A stretch of DNA of 40,497 nucleotides from Solirubrobacteraceae bacterium (GTDB taxonomy: Bacteria; Actinomycetota; Thermoleophilia; Solirubrobacterales; Solirubrobacteraceae). Within the stretch, counting starts at the first letter, position 1. Every line of letters begins with the position of its first letter. Below are positions 17,781-25,824 of this stretch, one piece after another. The translations under genes and the position numbers were made by a program. The notes beneath the pieces were generated by a model. That model was given only the letters and a program-made list of their open reading frames with translations, had not been told where the DNA came from and did no database searches. Location of the stretch: the NCBI GenBank assembly GCA_030038955.1, contig JASHQV010000094.1, forward strand, positions 1 to 40,497, read 5' to 3'.

Positions 17781-19015
17781 CTCGCGATCAGCCTCTCAAC
17801 ATCGGCGGCCGAATCCTCGGCTGGTGTCGGCACGGGGTCGCCAGCGCTCGACAGGACGCGGAGCGCGTTCGCCGGCAGATGCACGCACACGGGCGTGCCG
17901 CTGGCGGCGAATGGGATCTCCTCGCCCGTGTTCTGGATCAGCGCCTGAAGTGAGCCGCCATTGACGAGGCGGACGACGACCTGGACGGCGTTGCCCAGGT
18001 AGACCGTGCGCTCGACCATCCCCGGGATGCGGTTCGGACCGTCGGTGCCAGGGGCCTCGAGTCGCACGCGCTCGGGCCGGATCACGAGCTTGGTCGCGCC
18101 TGTAGTCCGCATGTTCCCGCGCTCGGCGCTGAGCTTGTGGTCGCCGAGCCTGACCGCGCAGCGGCCGTCGTTGGTCCCGGTGGCGACCGCATCCATCAGG
18201 TTCGCGATCCCGAGGAAGTCCGCCACGAACACCGTGCTCGGCTCCTCGTACACCTCCTGAGGCGTCGCGATCTGCTCGACGCGACCGCCGTTCATGACCG
18301 CGATCCGGTCGGACATCGTGACCGCCTCCTCCTGGTCGTGGGTCACGTACACGAACGTGATGCCGACCTGCTTCTGGAGTGCCTTGAGCTCGAGCTGGAG
18401 CGACTTCCGCAGCTTCGCGTCGAGCGCTCCGAGGGGTTCGTCGAGGAGCAGCACCGCGGGCATCAGCACGAGCGCGCGGGCGAGCGCGACGCGCTGCTGC
18501 TGACCGCCAGACATCTGCGCGGGCTTGCGGTTCTCGAGCCGGGTCAGCTGCACCATCTCGAGCGCCTCCGCGACGCGTCGGTGGAGCTCGTGCTTGGACA
18601 CGCCCTGGCGCCGGAGCCCGAACGCGACGTTGTCGGATACGCTCAGGTGGGGGAACAACGCGTAGGACTGGAAAACCGTGTTGACGTTGCGCTTGTACGG
18701 CGGCGTCGCGGCGACGTCCGCGCCATCGAGCAGGATCTGACCCTCCGTCGGATGCTCGAAGCCGGCGATCATGCGCAGCGTCGTGGTCTTGCCGCAGCCG
18801 GACGGTCCGAGAATCGAGAAGAACTCGCCGGCGGCAATGTGCACGTTGATCCCGTGGACCGCCACGACGTCGTTGAAGCGCTTGGTGAGGCCGATCAGGC
18901 GGACGGCGCCACTGGGCGCGGTGCTCCGACCGCGAGCCGAGTCGCCGGGCGAGCCAGCGCTCACAGGGCGTGCGGGTCGTTGCAACTTTCCTAGACGCGG
19001 CATGGTTGTCGTCAC
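17777..19015 (-). CDS. ABC ATP-binding subunit, PotA-like
   Basis: GPSGCGKT, MSGGQQQR, LLLDEP, VTHDQEEA, C-terminal TOBE-like region. Confidence 0.93.
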   Translation of the reverse strand: MTTTMPRLGKLQRPARPVSAGSPGDSARGRSTAPSGAVRLIGLTKRFNDVVAVHGINVHIAAGEFFSILGPSGCGKTTTLRMIAGFEHPTEGQILLDGADVAATPPYKRNVNTVFQSYALFPHLSVSDNVAFGLRRQGVSKHELHRRVAEALEMVQLTRLENRKPAQMSGGQQQRVALARALVLMPAVLLLDEPLGALDAKLRKSLQLELKALQKQVGITFVYVTHDQEEAVTMSDRIAVMNGGRVEQIATPQEVYEEPSTVFVADFLGIANLMDAVATGTNDGRCAVRLGDHKLSAERGNMRTTGATKLVIRPERVRLEAPGTDGPNRIPGMVERTVYLGNAVQVVVRLVNGGSLQALIQNTGEEIPFAASGTPVCVHLPANALRVLSSAGDPVPTPAEDSAADVERLIAR

Positions 19016-19027
19016 GGCAGCTTGTCC

Positions 19028-19039
19028 ATCATATATGAT
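19028..19039. promoter_or_regulatory. Perfect palindrome ATCATATATGAT, candidate GntR operator overlapping -10 boxes
   Basis: 12-bp AT-rich palindrome between the divergent potA-like and gntR genes; contains TATGAT on both strands. Confidence 0.6.
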
Positions 19040-19090
19040 AAATGCCAGGGCGTCGAGTTGGAGCCACGCTCGCCGCCGCGTTACTCCAAA

Positions 19091-19783
19091 ATGAGCGAGA
19101 ACTCAGACTTCCTCACCGTCGCGTCGCTGCCCGACCTCGTCTACGAGCGACTGCGAGGTGAGATCGCGTCGGGTGTCCTGCACCCCGGTCGATTGCGCAT
19201 CAGCCAGCTCGCCACCAGGTTCGGCGTCAGTGCGATCCCGATCCGAGAGGCACTTCGTCTACTTGAGGCCGAGGGCCTCGTGTCGTTCCGCAGCAATCGC
19301 TCGGTCGTGATCAACTCGCTTCAGGTGAGCGACGTGATCGAGATCTTCGCGATTCGCGCGGAGCTCGAATGCCTGGCGCTGGAGCTCTCGTTTCCACGGC
19401 TGCACGACGATCTCGAGGCGCTCGCGGAGCTCGACCGGATGGTTTCGCAGATGGATCGCGAGCTCTCGTCCCCGGACGACTGGCGGACCACGAACGAGCA
19501 CTTTCACACGGCGCTGTACTCGCCCTCGTGCTCACCGCGCCTGCTGAATATGATCGGGACTCTGTGGGTCTCGGTGGAGCCATACCTGCGCCTGTATGTG
19601 ACCGCGTCCGGGAGCCTGCGCAGCGCTCAGACCGAGCATCGAGCGCTCGTCTCCGACGCGCGCTCGAGCAAGATCGACGACGCGAAGGTGGTGCTACGCC
19701 AGCATCTGAAGGCGACGCGCGACGTCGTCATCGAGCGTCTCGGCTCTGCGTCGGACGATCACGCTGACGCAAGCGGACCCTGA
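19091..19783 (+). CDS. GntR (FadR/FCD) family regulator
   Basis: VYERLRGEI..G, LATRFGVSAIPIREALRLLEAEGLV, NEHFH, EHRAL, HL. Confidence 0.92.
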   Translation: MSENSDFLTVASLPDLVYERLRGEIASGVLHPGRLRISQLATRFGVSAIPIREALRLLEAEGLVSFRSNRSVVINSLQVSDVIEIFAIRAELECLALELSFPRLHDDLEALAELDRMVSQMDRELSSPDDWRTTNEHFHTALYSPSCSPRLLNMIGTLWVSVEPYLRLYVTASGSLRSAQTEHRALVSDARSSKIDDAKVVLRQHLKATRDVVIERLGSASDDHADASGP

Positions 19784-19797
19784 GCGACGCGCCGCGC

Positions 19798-20421
19798 TCA
19801 CGCCGACACCGAGTGGCACAGCGATCCTGCCTGCGCCGACGCGCCGGAGATCAGCCACAGCGCGCGCATCGGACGCCTGCCTGGATTGCGCAGCCGGTGT
19901 CCCAGCGACGCGTCGTAGGCGATCGAGTCGCCGCGCGCGAGCACGAGCCGCTCCTGCTCGACCTGCACCTCGAGCCTGCCGTTGAGCACGACGCCGTACT
20001 CGTGGCCGACGTGCCGGATCAGCTCGTCTACTGGCGAGGAGCAGGCGCCGGGGGCGTACGTGATCTCGCGGAACTCGCAGCTGCCGCCGGGCTCGGATGC
20101 GAGCAGCTGCCACTCGATGCCGTGACCGAGTGCGACGGCCGAGCGCTGGTCGGAGCGCACGAGGCTGATCGCTGCGGACGGGCCGTCACCGGCGTTCGCG
20201 AACAAGCTGTCGATCGACACGCCGAGCTGCTGTGCGAGCGCGTACAGCGTCGCCACGGACGGCCCGGCGAGACCGTTCTCGAGCTGGGACATGAACCCCG
20301 GCGTCACCCCGATCCGCCGCCCGAGTTCGCGCAGCCCGATGCCTGCACGTATGCGCGTGGCGCGGATCGCGGCGCCGAGCTCGGTCCAATCGAGCTCGCC
20401 GGGCGGCCGGGAGCTAGCCAC
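19798..20421 (-). CDS. XRE-family HTH plus cupin regulator (PuuR-like)
   Basis: LRELGRRIGVTPGFMSQLENG..PSV; cupin HVGHEYGVVLNG...GDSIAYDASLGHRL. Confidence 0.9.
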   Translation of the reverse strand: MASSRPPGELDWTELGAAIRATRIRAGIGLRELGRRIGVTPGFMSQLENGLAGPSVATLYALAQQLGVSIDSLFANAGDGPSAAISLVRSDQRSAVALGHGIEWQLLASEPGGSCEFREITYAPGACSSPVDELIRHVGHEYGVVLNGRLEVQVEQERLVLARGDSIAYDASLGHRLRNPGRRPMRALWLISGASAQAGSLCHSVSA

Positions 20422-21526
20422 CGTGCGCCCCGATCGCCGCGCACATCAGTGCGTGCGGGACGCTGATCGTGCCGCCAGCGATACGTCCGCGCACCCCGAG
20501 CCGGTCGATCATTCCCAGCTGGACCGCGGGCTCGTAGCCCGAGCTCGCGAGCACGTCGGCGGACAGGCAGATGCGTCGACCGCCGAGCTGCGCGGACTCC
20601 GCTAGCAGCGGCGCCGCGGTCCCGTGTGCCTGCGCGCCGAGTCCGAATAGGTCGAGCAGCGCACTGTCGCCGACGGCCGGGAGCGCCTCGCCGACAGCAT
20701 CGCTGTCCGCGGTGCCCGGGACGGGGGCCGGGCACACGATCCAGGTGCCCGGCGCGGCCGCCGTCTGCACTCCGAACGCGTAGCCGTTGCCGCCGGCGCG
20801 CGTGATCAGCGCCGCACCGCTGTCCTCGGCGCACGACAGCGCACACGCGACTGCGGCCATCCAGAGATTAAGCGCGAACGCGGGACTCGCCTGTAGGAAC
20901 GCTCTCGCGCGGACGGATAGCCGGGCGGCCATGAGTAGCCCGACGAGCAGCCGGGATCCGGTGGTCGTCTGGCCGTGCCCGTTATCTCCCTGTTCGAGCG
21001 ATTCACCGAGCGTCGCGAGCAGTGGCACCGGCCGCTCGAGTGCAGTCGCGAGCTCGGTGGCGAACTCGCCGTTCAGCCAGCGCATGTGCTCGGGCAGCCG
21101 CTCGTCGCGAACGCCGTAGCGCGTCGCGTGGTCCTGGCCCTCGTTGAGTACCGAGTAGCGCCGCCGTCCCGTCGTCGGGTCGGTTACGCGGACGGCCGCC
21201 ATCGAAGGCGAGGCGACGCCGCACAGCGGCAGCATGATCCCGTGCGACTGCGCGGGGACGAGTGTCAGCGAGCCGGCGTCGATCAGCCCGCCGGCCTCGT
21301 CCCAGCTTGTTGCCCAGCCCTCGAACAGGCACGCGGCCTCGACGCTGTGCCGCATCGGTGTGGGGATATCGGCAGCCGATCCGAACGGCGGACCGGCGTG
21401 GGCGACCGCCCGCGCGGGCAGGTCCGTCGCCTCGCCGACACGCACGACCGCATCCCATCGGGGCTCGGCCTGCGCGACCCGCACCGCCGCCGCGGTCGGG
21501 CCGATCTCGGTCACGGCGCGATCCAT
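20414..21526 (-). CDS. DUF1116 (YlbE/AllG-like) protein
   Basis: HAGPPF, ACLFEGWA, PAQSHG..PLCGVASPSM, GDNGHG, ITRAGGNGYAFGVQ, GDSALLDLFGLG match my recollection of the family. Confidence 0.75.
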   Translation of the reverse strand: MDRAVTEIGPTAAAVRVAQAEPRWDAVVRVGEATDLPARAVAHAGPPFGSAADIPTPMRHSVEAACLFEGWATSWDEAGGLIDAGSLTLVPAQSHGIMLPLCGVASPSMAAVRVTDPTTGRRRYSVLNEGQDHATRYGVRDERLPEHMRWLNGEFATELATALERPVPLLATLGESLEQGDNGHGQTTTGSRLLVGLLMAARLSVRARAFLQASPAFALNLWMAAVACALSCAEDSGAALITRAGGNGYAFGVQTAAAPGTWIVCPAPVPGTADSDAVGEALPAVGDSALLDLFGLGAQAHGTAAPLLAESAQLGGRRICLSADVLASSGYEPAVQLGMIDRLGVRGRIAGGTISVPHALMCAAIGAHGG

Positions 21527-22125
21527 GTCTCCGACAGCGCGAGCGCGGCCGATTGGGAGCGGCCGTTGAGGAAGTCGCGCTCGACCGTGCCGCCGTCGAG
21601 CGTGCGGCCGTCGACGGTCACCGATCCGCTGGCTGCGGTTCTGAAGACGCTAAACATCTCGTGCTCGCCCGTGCTCGACAGCTTGGGCGGAAGGTCGACC
21701 GCGAACGGATCGCTGAGTCCGGTCCAGGTCATGCTCGCTGTCCGTGCGCCGTCCGCGCTCCGCGCGCGCTCGGTCCAGTCGCGCTCGCCGGGGGCCGATT
21801 CGAACCACGCGCCTGCGAGCGTGTCGACGCCCTCCCAGCCGTCGAACGGTCGGAATAGCGCGAACCGCGCGAAGAACTCGTCGCGGAGGAACGTGGCCAG
21901 CGGCTCGTTATCGCAGAACAGCAGCCGCGCGGCCCCGGCCGCAGGCTCGAACGGACGTTCGAGGATCAGCATCGCGTGGCCCACGCCGTGGCGAGATGCG
22001 GTGATGCGGAAGAACAGCGACAGCGATGACCAATCGCGGTCGAGGTCGGTCTTGAGATAGATGAACGGGTTGTCACCCGTCCACTCCACGGTGCCCGGCC
22101 GCACCGGTGGCTGCTCCATCGTCAT
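21511..22125 (-). CDS. Hypothetical protein (~204 aa)
   Basis: GGAGG RBS and ATGA coupling to the upstream SDR; MTMEQPPVRPGTVEWTGDNPFIYLK...SQSAALALSETWI. The ORF-track extension to 22680 is out-of-frame overlap. Confidence 0.75.
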   Translation of the reverse strand: MTMEQPPVRPGTVEWTGDNPFIYLKTDLDRDWSSLSLFFRITASRHGVGHAMLILERPFEPAAGAARLLFCDNEPLATFLRDEFFARFALFRPFDGWEGVDTLAGAWFESAPGERDWTERARSADGARTASMTWTGLSDPFAVDLPPKLSSTGEHEMFSVFRTAASGSVTVDGRTLDGGTVERDFLNGRSQSAALALSETWIAP

Positions 22126-22997
22126 CCTCCCTGTCGGGCCATCGCCCGGCGTCGCAGATCCGAGAAGTTCGACGTCGGCTCCCAGCCGAGCACGTCGCGT
22201 GCCGCGGCGGCGGTGAACACCGACGCGCGCGGGTTGTCGCGGTAACGCCGCGCGTTTGCGATCTCCGGCAGCGCGCCGATCCGCTCCGCATACCACTCGA
22301 GCGTCGGCTGCTCGAGTGTGCTGTCGGCAGCGCTGACGAAGAACGTCCCGTACGAGAGCTCGCCGCACTCCAGCGCCGCACGGAAGGCGCGCGCCAGGTC
22401 CTCGCCGGTGACGTAGTAGAACAGCCAGCGGCGGCCGGGGGAGTCGACGAACCGAAGGAACTCCGGCAGCGTTCGCTCGAGCACGACCGCCATCGGCCGC
22501 AGGCAGATCACGCACGTCGCGCTGCCGCGCGCGGTTGCCTGCCCCATCTGCTCGATGATCCGCTTGCTGACGCTGTATGCGTGTACTGGCCGGCATTCGT
22601 GGCACTCGTCGACCGGGAGGCGTTGAGGTGTCCATTCGGGCCGCATCTCTGACAGGCCGCAGGCGGAGACGCTCGAGCACAGCACGACCCGCTCAACCCT
22701 GTTCTCGGCGGCCGCTTGGAGCACGTGCCAGCTGCCGAGCGTGTTCACATGGATGTAGTCCTGAGGCGGCGCTTGCCAGTCGTAGTCGATCGCGGCCAGA
22801 TGGATGACCGCGGACGCTCCCGCGGTCGCGCGCCGCACGGCGTCGAGGTCGAGCACGTTCAGCGGCACGTGCTCGACCTCGCTCCCGTCCGGCACGCGGT
22901 CGGCGTTGACGACGTCATAGTCGGCGGCCAGCTCGGCGAGCACGAACTGTCCGACTCGCCCCGAGCCGCCGGTGACGAGAACGCGGCGGGCGGTCAT
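22122..22997 (-). CDS. NAD-dependent epimerase/dehydratase (extended SDR)
   Basis: VLVTGGSGRVG, VIHLAA, CSS, YSVSK (YxxxK); ATGA-coupled to the Rieske gene. Confidence 0.9.
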   Translation of the reverse strand: MTARRVLVTGGSGRVGQFVLAELAADYDVVNADRVPDGSEVEHVPLNVLDLDAVRRATAGASAVIHLAAIDYDWQAPPQDYIHVNTLGSWHVLQAAAENRVERVVLCSSVSACGLSEMRPEWTPQRLPVDECHECRPVHAYSVSKRIIEQMGQATARGSATCVICLRPMAVVLERTLPEFLRFVDSPGRRWLFYYVTGEDLARAFRAALECGELSYGTFFVSAADSTLEQPTLEWYAERIGALPEIANARRYRDNPRASVFTAAAARDVLGWEPTSNFSDLRRRAMARQGG

Positions 22998-24187
22998 GCG
23001 ACCGCCGCGGGCTCCGCGTCCGCCGCGGGCTCCGCGTCCGCCGCCAGGTAGCGGTCGACCAGCCAGCGGTTGAGCCGCGCGAGCACGGCCTCGGTTGGCG
23101 CGTACCGGGCGCGTGGCGCAAAGCGCGAGAACATCCCGGCCTGGACGCTCCCCCAGGCCCAAACATCCTCGTCCATCACGGGGGCGAGGTCGTCGCGCTC
23201 CATTAGCCAACGCTCCTTGAAGTCAGGATCCGCGAGCGTCGACTCGGGGAACATCCACGACGCGCCGAAGGTCGAGCTCGTGGGCCCGGTCGGCAGCCAC
23301 AGGAAGTACTTGACCTTGTCCGGCATCGCGATGATCAGCAGGTTCGGAGCGACCGTCACGTAAAGCAGGCGCGAGCGCTCGCGCTCGGACAGGCCGGGCA
23401 GCGCGGGGTGCAGGCGGCGACCGGTGCGGGTCGGGCACGCATCGAGCTCACCGAGCAGCTCGTACGCGATGATGCCGAGTTCGGACTGGTTGAACTCGGT
23501 CTCCGTGTCCACGCGGCTGGTCGGGGTCGGGTAGGCTGCGTGCCAGGTGTCACGGTGCAGGTGCGAGCAGTGGTAGCACTCGTCGCCGTACAGTTTCCAG
23601 TTCCACTCGTAGGGGATCAGCTCGAGTTGCTCAGGGGCGCGCAGCTCGCCGATCCGGTACGGCGCGAGCCCCTGGCGGAGCTGCTCGAGTCGCTCGTGCA
23701 GGCTCGGGGCGTCTGCGTCGAAGCACGCGAACACGAACCCCTCCCAGATCGCGGAGCGGATCCGCGGCAGGCAGAACGCGCCCTTGTCGAAGCCGGGTTC
23801 CCGGATCATGTCGGGGGCGCCCATCAGCCGGCCGCCGAGCGAGTACGTCCAGGCGTGGTATGGGCACTGGAACCGCGACACGTGGCCCGAGCCCGCGGCG
23901 AGGATCATGCCGCGGTGCTGGCACACGGCCGACAGCACGGCGACATCCTCGTCGCTCTCGCGAACGACGATCAGCCGCTCGCGTCCTACCGTCACCGTGT
24001 AGTAGTCGCCGCGCTCTGGCACGTCGCCGGCGCGGCCGACGCAGAACCACTCACGGTTCCAGATCGCGTCGAGCTCGAACTCGTAGAAGTCCGCCGAGGT
24101 GAAGGTCTCGGGTGGCAGCGCCAGCGCCGGGCCTCGGTCGCCGAGGCTGTCCTGGAGCTGCTCGCGGGGGATGGGGCTGTTCGGCAC
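22994..24187 (-). CDS. Rieske non-heme iron oxygenase alpha subunit 1
   Basis: CQHRG...CPYHAW Rieske ligands; NWKLYGDECYHCSHLH; DED..W..VQAG; GAGGAG RBS before GTG 24187. Confidence 0.9.
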   Translation of the reverse strand: MPNSPIPREQLQDSLGDRGPALALPPETFTSADFYEFELDAIWNREWFCVGRAGDVPERGDYYTVTVGRERLIVVRESDEDVAVLSAVCQHRGMILAAGSGHVSRFQCPYHAWTYSLGGRLMGAPDMIREPGFDKGAFCLPRIRSAIWEGFVFACFDADAPSLHERLEQLRQGLAPYRIGELRAPEQLELIPYEWNWKLYGDECYHCSHLHRDTWHAAYPTPTSRVDTETEFNQSELGIIAYELLGELDACPTRTGRRLHPALPGLSERERSRLLYVTVAPNLLIIAMPDKVKYFLWLPTGPTSSTFGASWMFPESTLADPDFKERWLMERDDLAPVMDEDVWAWGSVQAGMFSRFAPRARYAPTEAVLARLNRWLVDRYLAADAEPAADAEPAAVA

Positions 24188-24318
24188 AGTGTCTCCTCGG
24201 TACTGATCCTGCAGGGCGCCGTCCAGGCCACAGTTTAGCACCACCAAACACGTGCTTGGCGAGGCGCTTGACGAGGCGCTTGACGCGACTGTTCGATTGC
24301 ACTAAACAGTGGAGAGTG

Positions 24319-25428
24319 ATGACCGCTGCCGCGCTGACGACCGGCTGGGCGTTCCACGAGCGTTATCTGTGGCACGACACCGGCAGCGCCGCTGGGATGC
24401 TCGCGTCCGACCGCTGGCTCGAGCCGCTTGGCCACGTCGATAGCGCTGCCTCGAAGCGGCGGCTGTACAGCCTGCTCGCGGTTAGCGGCCTGCTCGACCG
24501 CCTCGAGCGCTTGGAGCCGCGTGAGGCGACCGACGAGCAGCTGCTCGCGGTCCATGACGCTACGTATGTCGAGCGGGTGATGGCGCTGAGCGCCGAGCGT
24601 GGCGGCGATGCGGGAGACGGGGTGACACCATTCGGGCGCGCGGGGGCGGAGATCGCGCGGCTGTCGGCGGGCGGCGCGATCGCCGCCGTCGATGCCGTGG
24701 CTGGGCGCGCCGTGCGAAACGCCTACGCGCTCGTGCGCCCACCAGGCCATCACGCGCTGCCCGATCGTGGCATGGGCTTCTGCGTGTTCGCGAACATCGC
24801 GATCGCCGTTCGGCATGCGATCAGGGCCCACGGAATCGAGCGCGTGGCCGTCGTCGACTGGGACGTCCACCACGGCAACGGGACCCAGGCGAGCTTCTAC
24901 GAGCAGCCCGGCGTGCTGACGATCTCCCTACACCAGGACCGCTGCTACCCGGTCGACTCCGGGGGCATCGATGAGCGCGGGGCCGGCGCCGGACGGGGAT
25001 CGAATCTGAACGTGCCGCTGCCGCCCGGCTCGGGGCACGAGGCGTACGTGGCCGCGCTCGAGCGCGTCGTCGGCCCGGCGCTGGCGCGGTTCGCACCGGA
25101 GCTCGTGGTCGTCGGCTGCGGGTTCGACGCGAGCGCATACGATCCGCTCGGCAGGATGCTGCTGCACTCCGAGAGCTATCGTGCGCTGACCGAGCTGATG
25201 CTAGAGGCGACCGACGGCCGGGTGGCGTTCGTGCACGAGGGCGGCTACAGCGAGTTCTACGTCCCGTTCTGCGGGCTCGCCGTGCTCGAGGCCCTGTCGG
25301 GTGAGCGGACCGCGGTTCGCGACCCGTACCTGGACGAGTGCGCGCGAGCAGCCGGTCACGAGCTGACGCGCGACCAGGAGCGTGTGATCGAAGCGGCTCG
25401 CGCGCTGGTCGCGGAGGTCCCAGGCTAG
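24319..25428 (+). CDS. Zn-dependent histone-deacetylase-family amidohydrolase (class II HDAH-like)
   Basis: RPPGHHA, GMGFC, DWDVHHGNGT, GFDA..DPL, HEGGY all intact. Confidence 0.93.
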   Translation: MTAAALTTGWAFHERYLWHDTGSAAGMLASDRWLEPLGHVDSAASKRRLYSLLAVSGLLDRLERLEPREATDEQLLAVHDATYVERVMALSAERGGDAGDGVTPFGRAGAEIARLSAGGAIAAVDAVAGRAVRNAYALVRPPGHHALPDRGMGFCVFANIAIAVRHAIRAHGIERVAVVDWDVHHGNGTQASFYEQPGVLTISLHQDRCYPVDSGGIDERGAGAGRGSNLNVPLPPGSGHEAYVAALERVVGPALARFAPELVVVGCGFDASAYDPLGRMLLHSESYRALTELMLEATDGRVAFVHEGGYSEFYVPFCGLAVLEALSGERTAVRDPYLDECARAAGHELTRDQERVIEAARALVAEVPG

Positions 25429-25817
25429 GCTGAGCGAGGTGTCGGCGGCGCCTCGGTGAGCTCGATCCGGTAGTCGTCCGGATCGCGGATGAAGCACAGG
25501 CGCGGACCATGCTCGCGGACAACGAACGGCGGTTTCTCCGGGCGGATCCCGAGTTGCTCGAGCCGGGCGAGCAGCGCGTCGAGGTCGGGCACCTCGACCG
25601 CGATGTGCCCGTAGCCGTCGCCGGAAGCATATGGCTCGGTGCGCCCGTAGTTCATGGTCAGCTCGAGTACGTCCTCGCCGGGCGGACCGACGAACGTGTT
25701 CAGGGCCGTGTCGCCGAGCTGGGTCTGGCGCACAATCTCCCACCCGAACACGTTGCGGTACCACGCCGCGGAACGGTGGATGTCGAGCACGCGGTACATG
25801 GTGTGGATGATGCGCAT
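25425..25817 (-). CDS. VOC family protein, lactoylglutathione lyase-like
   Basis: HTMYRV, LELTMN, GYGHIA, FIRDPDDYRIEL (His/Glu/His/Glu metal ligands). Confidence 0.88.
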   Translation of the reverse strand: MRIIHTMYRVLDIHRSAAWYRNVFGWEIVRQTQLGDTALNTFVGPPGEDVLELTMNYGRTEPYASGDGYGHIAVEVPDLDALLARLEQLGIRPEKPPFVVREHGPRLCFIRDPDDYRIELTEAPPTPRSA

Positions 25818-25824
25818 CGCGATC

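Noticed and set aside
23003-23045. 18-bp tandem repeat (AADAEP x2) at the Rieske C-terminus
   Set aside because: Real but a trivial in-frame tail duplication.
21511-23210. ORF-track starts at 22680 and 23210 implying long gene overlaps
   Set aside because: RBS and ATGA coupling place the starts at 22125 and 22997; the extensions are out-of-frame read-ins.
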